A stretch of 13,053 bases of DNA from an uncultured bacterium (GTDB taxonomy: Bacteria; Abyssobacteria; SURF-5). The DNA lies in contig CAZEBC010000117.1 of the NCBI GenBank assembly GCA_964510165.1, forward strand, positions 1 through 13,053, given 5' to 3'. Shown piece by piece: positions 7,752-13,053 of the stretch. The notes below the pieces were generated by a model. The model ran no database searches. It had not been told where the DNA came from and saw only the letters and a program-made list of their open reading frames with translations. Both the position numbers and the translations under genes were made by a program. How positions within the stretch are numbered: position 1 is the stretch's first letter; each line of letters opens with the position of its first letter.

Positions 7752-7801
7752 TACGTTGATACATTCATAACATCTCTTTCTTCAGCAGTTTACGTGGCAA
7801 C

Positions 7802-7842
7802 CGAGAAGCATGATTCTCGCCTCTTGGTTACGCAATCGTAAC
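7802..7842. promoter_or_regulatory. Two adjacent palindromes, candidate enhancer (UAS) or transcription-factor sites
   Basis: CGAGAA-N6-TTCTCG (7802-7819) and GTTACG-N4-CGTAAC (7827-7842), about 75-115 bp upstream of the predicted sigma-54 start. Confidence 0.45.
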
Positions 7843-7895
7843 ATGCGGCGCACACATTTGGACGAGGAACGGAATTCCCCTTTTTGAGGTGCGCT

Positions 7896-7923
7896 TTGAC
7901 ATTACCGGCAGGTATGCTAAACT
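7896..7923 (+). promoter_or_regulatory. Sigma-70 promoter for the 38-aa ORF
   Basis: Perfect -35 TTGACA (7896-7901), 16-bp spacer, extended -10 TG-C-TAAACT (7915-7923). Confidence 0.7.
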
Positions 7924-7962
7924 AAGAGGGGCTTATCAAGGAAACCACTCTTCGGAGAGACG

Positions 7963-8079
7963 ATGGCGGGCATTATCGAGACATTGAAAAAATATCAGGC
8001 CGAGATCATCCTGGCAGCCTTCTATGTGTACGTGGTTATCCTGCTTGTGGCCACTCTGAAGGAATTCGGAATCATCTGA
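7963..8079 (+). CDS. Small single-pass membrane protein, 38 aa (MAGIIETLKKYQAEIILAAFYVYVVILLVATLKEFGII)
   Basis: Absent from the ORF track. SD GGAG at 7954-7957, its own promoter, GC3-rich codons (ATC, CTG, GCC, GTG) and an 18-residue hydrophobic stretch. It fills the gap and ends 5 bp from the convergent cooC stop. Confidence 0.75.
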   Translation: MAGIIETLKKYQAEIILAAFYVYVVILLVATLKEFGII

Positions 8080-8084
8080 CAGGG

Positions 8085-8840
8085 TCAGATACCCAGCACT
8101 GCACCGATCTCTTCAACCTTCTTCACAACTGCTGACGAATCGGGCAAATCGAACAGCGGTCTCCCGTTGCCGTCAAACTCGCTCACCTTTTCGTCTTCGG
8201 GAAGCGCGCCGATCAGAGGCACGCCCAACTCCTCCACTCTTCTCTCGATCTCGGGTGACAGACCATTGCGAACGCGGTTGATCAACAGATGAATCGTGCC
8301 CACCGTGAGCCTGAGTTCGTTCACGATGTCGCGAATGCGTTCGGCCGCCAGCATCGAGCGCAACGACGTATCCGTGACGATGAGGAGATGGTCAATAGAT
8401 GTCGTGATGCGGCGGCTCATGTGCTCCATGCCGGCCTCGTTGTCAACGAGGATGCGGGGATACTGCTTCCCGAGCATCTTCAGGACGTCGCGGAGCACAT
8501 TGTTCGCGAAGCAATAACATCCCGGGCCTTCGGGGCGCCCCATGACGACGAGATCAAAGCCCTCCGACTCGACCAGACACTGTTCGACCCTGAGTTGGAG
8601 ATAGTCGTGTTTCGCCATTCCGCCCGGCAGCATTCCGGAGCGATCGGAGGCTTCCTCGCGAATGGCGCCGATGGTCTGCTCGACCTGCAGTCCGAGAACC
8701 TCGTTGAGATTCGAGTTGGGATCGGCGTCGACGACAAGCACCGGCGTGTTTCCCTTATTTATCATGTAACGCAGCAACAGCGCCGAGATGGTGGTCTTCC
8801 CCACCCCGCCCTTGCCGGTTACGGCAATCAGTTTTCCCAT
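8085..8840 (-). CDS. acsF: CooC/AcsF-type nickel-insertion ATPase (MinD/SIMIBI family), AcsF/CooC2-like, 251 aa
   Basis: Deviant Walker A GKGGVGKTT, DADPNSNL, metal motif GRPEGPGCYC and DNEAGMEHMSR. Start placed at ATG 8840 after SD GGAGA. The paralog subtype is an inference. Confidence 0.85.
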   Translation of the reverse strand: MGKLIAVTGKGGVGKTTISALLLRYMINKGNTPVLVVDADPNSNLNEVLGLQVEQTIGAIREEASDRSGMLPGGMAKHDYLQLRVEQCLVESEGFDLVVMGRPEGPGCYCFANNVLRDVLKMLGKQYPRILVDNEAGMEHMSRRITTSIDHLLIVTDTSLRSMLAAERIRDIVNELRLTVGTIHLLINRVRNGLSPEIERRVEELGVPLIGALPEDEKVSEFDGNGRPLFDLPDSSAVVKKVEEIGAVLGI

Positions 8841-8853
8841 GATTGTCTCCGGT

Positions 8854-9657
8854 TCACGCAAGCTTCTTGCTTGACTCTATCAGCGCGACGACGTTTTCCT
8901 TGATGCGTCTCATTTCGACAAGAAACGCGCCGTCGCTGTTCTTGTAGTAATCGTACGGGGCCGTTCCCTCGCGGTCCAGTTTCATGAGCTGCCTGTCGTA
9001 GGAGATGAAACCGAGAATGTGCTCCTCGGGGAAATTCGTCTTCAGCAGCTCGGCGTCGGCCTCGTCAACGACCTTGTTCATGACGAGCCGCATTGACTGA
9101 ATCCCCAGGTCGCCCGCCAGCTTCATGATGGCGCGGGCGGTCTCGATGCTCCGCTGGCCAGGCTCGACAATGATGACAAGCACGTCAACCGCCCGGGCGG
9201 TGCCGCGCCCTAAATGCTCCAGTCCGGCCTCCATATCAAGAATTACGGTCTCATCGCGGTACTCGAGCACTTCTTCAAGGAACCTCCTCAGCACGACGTT
9301 TTCCGGACACAGGCAGCCCGAACCGCCGGTATCGAGCGATCCCATGAGCAGGAACTTCACGCCCGCGACGTCCCGGCTGAACTTGTCGGGGATGTCGTCC
9401 ACTTTCGGGTTCAACTTGAACATGACGCCGTAGCCTTCGCCCGCACCCGTTCGCTCGCGGATGAAGTCTTTCATGTCGGCGATGGGGGTGATTTTGCGCG
9501 CCACTTCGGGGGCCAAGCCGAGCGCCGATGCGAGGTTCGCGTCAGGGTCGGCGTCAACAGCCATCACCTTGTAGCCGTCATCGGCGAGCATCCGCGCGAG
9601 CGTGCCCGCGACGGTCGTCTTCCCCACTCCGCCCTTTCCAACAATCGCTATTTTCAT
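8854..9657 (-). CDS. cooC: CO dehydrogenase nickel-insertion ATPase CooC (CooC1-like), 267 aa
   Basis: GKGGVGKTT, DADPDANLA, FKLNPKVDDIP, GSGCLCPEN (CxC) and DMEAGLEHLGRGTA. SD AAGGA. Confidence 0.92.
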   Translation of the reverse strand: MKIAIVGKGGVGKTTVAGTLARMLADDGYKVMAVDADPDANLASALGLAPEVARKITPIADMKDFIRERTGAGEGYGVMFKLNPKVDDIPDKFSRDVAGVKFLLMGSLDTGGSGCLCPENVVLRRFLEEVLEYRDETVILDMEAGLEHLGRGTARAVDVLVIIVEPGQRSIETARAIMKLAGDLGIQSMRLVMNKVVDEADAELLKTNFPEEHILGFISYDRQLMKLDREGTAPYDYYKNSDGAFLVEMRRIKENVVALIESSKKLA

Positions 9658-9706
9658 GGTCTTTCCTTGTCTCCGTCGAATTTAGGCTAATTAAGGCTCT
9701 AAACCA

Positions 9707-9736
9707 AGTATATCAGTCACGCGGAAGGGGTGTCAA
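9707..9736 (-). promoter_or_regulatory. Sigma-70 promoter of the cooC-acsF pair
   Basis: Minus strand TTGACA (9736-9731), 18-bp spacer, extended -10 TG-A-TATACT (9715-9707), about 50 bp upstream of the cooC ATG. Confidence 0.7.
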
Positions 9737-9768
9737 TGAGTGACGCCTGTCAGGACGCCTCGGTCCTC

Positions 9769-9903
9769 AAATCCCCCTAACGGGACTGTCCCGCAATTGT
9801 AGGGGCGTCTCTATGTGGGCGCCCGGGCGGCCACGCGGGGCCGTCCCTACGACCGGAAACCGAATCACAGGACAGTCTCTAACCCGCTTTTCAAAGGGGG
9901 GAA
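9769..9903 (+). repeat. C5-T4/A3-G6 hairpin-type extragenic repeat, interrupted by the MITE
   Basis: Removing 9782-9879 and one TAAC gives AAATCCCCCTAACCCGCTTTTCAAAGGGGGGAA, an inverted homolog of 10003-10036. Confidence 0.7.
9782..9879 (+). mobile_element. MITE-like element copy 2 (98 bp) with a GTAG-REP doublet at 9799-9850
   Basis: TIRs GGGACTGTCCCGCAATT (9782-9798) and AATCACAGGACAGTCTC (9863-9879) match 13/17. Flanked by the direct repeat TAAC (9778-9781 and 9880-9883). Second copy at 3633-3731. No transposase ORF. Confidence 0.8.
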
Positions 9904-10002
9904 ACATTGTCCACCTTCAACCGGTCCTGTCAACACTCAGTCCGTGAATCCCTCTTCGGACAATTCTCGGCTGCATCGAGGCCATCATGGAACAGTTTCT
10001 GG

Positions 10003-10036
10003 TTCCCCCTTTTGGAAAAGGGGGCGGAGGGGGATT
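10003..10036 (-). repeat. C5-T4/A4-G5 hairpin-type extragenic repeat (intact partner)
   Basis: Minus strand AATCCCCCTCCGCCCCCTTTTCCAAAAGGGGGAA, containing the palindrome CCCCCTTTT-GG-AAAAGGGGG. Confidence 0.75.
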
Positions 10037-10217
10037 AGAAGCCGGCACCCCTGCATGGCCAGCGCCGATCCACCGAGGGTCGCGCCGGTTGACCCGTGAT
10101 GGAAGGCGATGGTAAAATAACGCGCTGGCAAGGAACGCCCCTTTTTGCTGAGAATCAGCCAGCCCCCCCGGCTTGCATAGGCCAGAACCAGTGTCAAACT
10201 GAACGGATACGATTTAA

Positions 10218-11717
10218 ATGGAAATGGAGACCGGCAGCAACATTTCTCTCTCAGAGGTAGGCCGTTATGCGCACAAGAACCCAATGGACCGATTGTTCTA
10301 TCCGCGCGGAATCGCGGTGGTCGGAGCGTCGAACGAGTACGCCAAGGGGTCCAGCATGTTTCTGCGCAGCCTGATCGACCTCGGATATGCCGGCGGGCTT
10401 TACCCCGTAAACGTCAGCGCGGGCGAACAAATAATGGGCCTGCGCGCATATAAGAGCGTGATGGACATACCCGGTCCGGTCGATTACGCGATCGTCGGGG
10501 TTCCGGCCGCCGCGACTGCGGGCGTCGTCCGGGATTGCATCAACAAATGCATCCCGTACATCCACTTCTTCACGGCAGGCTTTAAGGAACTCCAGAACGA
10601 GCAAGGGGAGCGGCTCGAACGAGAGCTTGTCGAGATAGCGCGCGGCAAGACAAGGCTGATCGGCCCAAACTGCATGGGCGTTTATTGTCCCGAGGCCCGT
10701 GTCGGCTTTGACTCCAATCATCCGACCGATGCTGGAGATGTCGCCTTCATCTCGCAGAGCGGCGGCCACGCGATCAATTTCATCCGTTGCGCCGCAGAGC
10801 GCGGCCTCAGGCTGAGCAAGGGCATCAGCTTCGGCAACGCAAGCGATTTGACTGCAAGCGACTTCCTCGAATACTTCACAGGTGACTCCAAGACTAGGAT
10901 GATCGGCATCTACATCGAGGGCGCGCGAGAGGGACGGGCCTTCTTCGAGACTCTCAAGGCGGCGTCCCGCGAGAAAGCGGTCATGATTTGGAAAGGCGGT
11001 CGCACGACCGCGGGAACGCACGCGACCATCGGTCACACAGGCGTACTGGCTGGCTCATTCGAAGTATGGAAAGGCATGATCAAGCAGGCGGGCGGCATAC
11101 TGGTGGGCGACAGCGAGGAGATGATCGACCTGATGCTCGGCCTGAAGTATCTGCTTCCGCCCGAAGGCCTGAGAACGGCCCTCGTGACCACGGGAGGCGG
11201 CAACAGCGTCGTCGCATCGGACGTGTGTCACGAACTTGGTTTGTGCCTGCCTGCACTTGCCGGCGAAACGCAACAAAGGCTTCTGTCAGTCCTCCGCGAG
11301 GCCGGCACGATACGGAGAAACCCGGTCGACACGAGTGCCCACGGCATCGTTCCTCAGAATATCGAGAAGATAGTCGACATAATCGACCTTGACCCGAATG
11401 TCGACTGCATTCTATTCACCTACCAACTTTACTTCCTCTTCCGGAACCTCAAACGTATCGGAGTATCCCTCGACGACGCCCTCGAGTACCTCGTGACCTC
11501 TCTCAAAAACGTAAGAGCAAACTCCTCAAAGCCCGTCGCGTTCGCGCTCACGCGCGACTCGGATGAACTCGACGTCGAGCGGTTTCGGCTTACGCTGAAG
11601 CAGAGGTTGCTTGAAGTCGGCGTCCCGGCGTTCGATTCCGTCAGGGCTGCCTGTTTGACCATTTCGAGGATGAACGAGTTGCGAAAAATTCAAAGCCGAA
11701 TCGCGCGTTCCCGCTGA
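10218..11717 (+). CDS. ADP-forming acyl/acetate-CoA ligase alpha subunit (CoA-binding plus two ligase/flavodoxin domains; no ATP-grasp), about 499 aa
   Basis: LFYPRGIAVVGAS, LYPVN, RLIGPNCMG, FISQSGG, SFGNASD, YIEG, KGGRT..GHTG (phospho-His), TTGGG and RNPVD. Start is uncertain (10218 or 10224; weak SD). Confidence 0.9.
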   Translation: MEMETGSNISLSEVGRYAHKNPMDRLFYPRGIAVVGASNEYAKGSSMFLRSLIDLGYAGGLYPVNVSAGEQIMGLRAYKSVMDIPGPVDYAIVGVPAAATAGVVRDCINKCIPYIHFFTAGFKELQNEQGERLERELVEIARGKTRLIGPNCMGVYCPEARVGFDSNHPTDAGDVAFISQSGGHAINFIRCAAERGLRLSKGISFGNASDLTASDFLEYFTGDSKTRMIGIYIEGAREGRAFFETLKAASREKAVMIWKGGRTTAGTHATIGHTGVLAGSFEVWKGMIKQAGGILVGDSEEMIDLMLGLKYLLPPEGLRTALVTTGGGNSVVASDVCHELGLCLPALAGETQQRLLSVLREAGTIRRNPVDTSAHGIVPQNIEKIVDIIDLDPNVDCILFTYQLYFLFRNLKRIGVSLDDALEYLVTSLKNVRANSSKPVAFALTRDSDELDVERFRLTLKQRLLEVGVPAFDSVRAACLTISRMNELRKIQSRIARSR

Positions 11718-11730
11718 GGGCCCCCTCACC

Positions 11731-13053
11731 TCATTTGAAGAACCGAGGCAGATATGGACGGTTGGCCTCGAGCATCGCGTCAAGACACTTCTCCGCCGTG
11801 TACCTGTCGGGAACCACCGGGTCGAGCAGCAACGCCTCGAGCGCCGCTTGCCGGTCGCCTTCCACCGCCGCCTTCGCGTTGAGGCGATGAATGGCGGTCT
11901 GCTGATTGCACCAGCCTGCGATAAGCGGGGGCAGCGCGCCCACCGATTCTCCGCGGGCCTTTCCAGTTTTCACCCAGGCGGGGACTTCCACGATGCAGTC
12001 GGAAGACAGATTTGAAATGTAGCCGTCGTTGGGCAGGTTGAGAGCCTCGAACCGCTTCTTTCCGCCTTCTGCAATCGTAGTGATTATGTCCACGAGGATC
12101 ACGCCGAGCGATTCGGGGGGGCCGTCTTGAAGGTAGGTGGCAGCCGGATACTCGCCCGATATCAGCGATTGCATCATCTTTTCGTTGTCCCTCATGAGGT
12201 CCTTGTAGAACTCAAAGAAGGAGAATGGTTCGAGGTCGGGTCGCAGAGCCGTGCTGAACAGATGGCCACCCGCGATGTATTCGCCGACGTGCGTGTCGCT
12301 CGTCACGCAGAGGTATCCGGTCACCCGTAACAAGTCGGCGACGAGCAACCGGTCAATATGAATATTTTCCAAGACCAGTTTTCTCACTTTGGGATACAGG
12401 TCTTCTCCGCTCAGACGGTCCTGTATTTTCAGGAACCAGGTGAAATGATTAAGTCCGGCAGCGACGATGTGCAAATCCTGCACCGGCGTCTGGAGCAATT
12501 GCGATACCAGATTGCTGCCGTCCTCTATCTCATGGCAAAGCCCGATGAATTTGATGGTGGTATAGTCTTTGATGCCTTGGAGAATCCGGCTCATCGGGTT
12601 CGACAGGTTCAGCACAAGGGCGTTCGGACAAAGCCGCTCCATGTCCTTGCAGGTGTCAACCATGATCGGGATCTGGCGCATCGCATGGAGCAAGCCGCCC
12701 GGGCCTCCGTTCTCTCCCAGCGACTGCGCTATGCCAAACCGGGCCGGGATTGCGCGGTCGTTCTCCCACGTGGGGAATCGGTTGACTTCCACGCTTGTTA
12801 TGACGCAGTCAGCGCCGGGAAGCGCTTCGAGCCTGTCGGTCGTGCTCTCCAATTCATAGTCGGCGCCGCCCACCTCAATCAGCTTTTTGGCGAGCCGCGC
12901 GACGTCCCGCAGCTTCTTCTCGTCAATATCCACCAACACGATCGTGCTGCCATATAACCGTTTCTCCTTTATGAAGGCGACGATCAGCGCGGGCGAAAAC
13001 TGAATGCTTCCGCCTCCCATGACCACAATCTTCTTCTTGAATGATTTCGGCGT
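11731..13053 (-). CDS. Family 4 glycoside hydrolase (NAD+/Mn2+-dependent; alpha-galactosidase/alpha-glucosidase-like), 5'-truncated by the window edge
   Basis: Frame is open to the edge (TPKSFKKKIVVMGGGS). Motifs LVDID, ALPGAD, GENGGPGG, LNLSNP, GLCH and GLNH (Mn ligands), NLPNDGYISNL, VEVP and ALLLDP. Confidence 0.92.
   Translation of the reverse strand, partial: TPKSFKKKIVVMGGGSIQFSPALIVAFIKEKRLYGSTIVLVDIDEKKLRDVARLAKKLIEVGGADYELESTTDRLEALPGADCVITSVEVNRFPTWENDRAIPARFGIAQSLGENGGPGGLLHAMRQIPIMVDTCKDMERLCPNALVLNLSNPMSRILQGIKDYTTIKFIGLCHEIEDGSNLVSQLLQTPVQDLHIVAAGLNHFTWFLKIQDRLSGEDLYPKVRKLVLENIHIDRLLVADLLRVTGYLCVTSDTHVGEYIAGGHLFSTALRPDLEPFSFFEFYKDLMRDNEKMMQSLISGEYPAATYLQDGPPESLGVILVDIITTIAEGGKKRFEALNLPNDGYISNLSSDCIVEVPAWVKTGKARGESVGALPPLIAGWCNQQTAIHRLNAKAAVEGDRQAALEALLLDPVVPDRYTAEKCLDAMLEANRPYLPRFFK

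Noticed and set aside
7931-7960. CTTATCAAG resembling the 5' end of a SAM-I riboswitch
   Set aside because: The leader is only about 33 nt and none of the P2-P4 elements follow.
10105-10180. GGCGATGG resembling the start of a fluoride riboswitch
   Set aside because: Lacks the complementary CGCC stem at the expected position and the downstream pseudoknot motif. The downstream gene is unrelated.
9815-10284. ORFs 9815-10099 (+) and 9985-10284 (-), and the similar short ORFs over 3539-3909
   Set aside because: They are translations through REP/MITE repeats (the same MGARAAT.GRPY peptide appears at both loci), with no SD or recognisable domain.
11715-11728. TGAGGG-CC-CCCTCA hairpin between convergent genes as a bidirectional terminator
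   Set aside because: The stem is very short and there is no U-tract on either strand, so support is insufficient.

Overview
GC-rich bacterial chromosomal window, probably from an anaerobe (inferred from the two CooC-type Ni chaperones, the ADP-forming acyl-CoA ligase subunit and the GH4 enzyme). On the + strand, a five-gene acyl-CoA/lipid cluster comes first: crotonase-fold enzyme, nitronate monooxygenase/FabK-like flavoprotein, AMP-forming acyl-CoA ligase, MBL-fold hydrolase and SDR. It is followed by a type-II NADH dehydrogenase-like gene. A divergent promoter region drives a small secreted hypothetical protein on - (sigma-54 motif) and a 38-aa single-TM protein on + (sigma-70 motif) that the ORF track misses. 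Next come two tandem CooC/AcsF ATPases on -, with no CODH/ACS genes nearby, a stand-alone ADP-forming acyl-CoA synthetase alpha subunit on +, and a 5'-truncated GH4 glycosidase on -. The most unusual structure is non-coding. A ~98-bp MITE-like element (17-bp imperfect TIRs, carrying a GTAG-REP doublet) occurs twice in opposite orientation (3633-3731 and 9782-9879). Each copy sits inside another repeat structure, and the second splits a C5-T4/A3-G6 hairpin repeat with a 4-bp TAAC duplication. No rRNA, tRNA, CRISPR array or transposase gene was seen.
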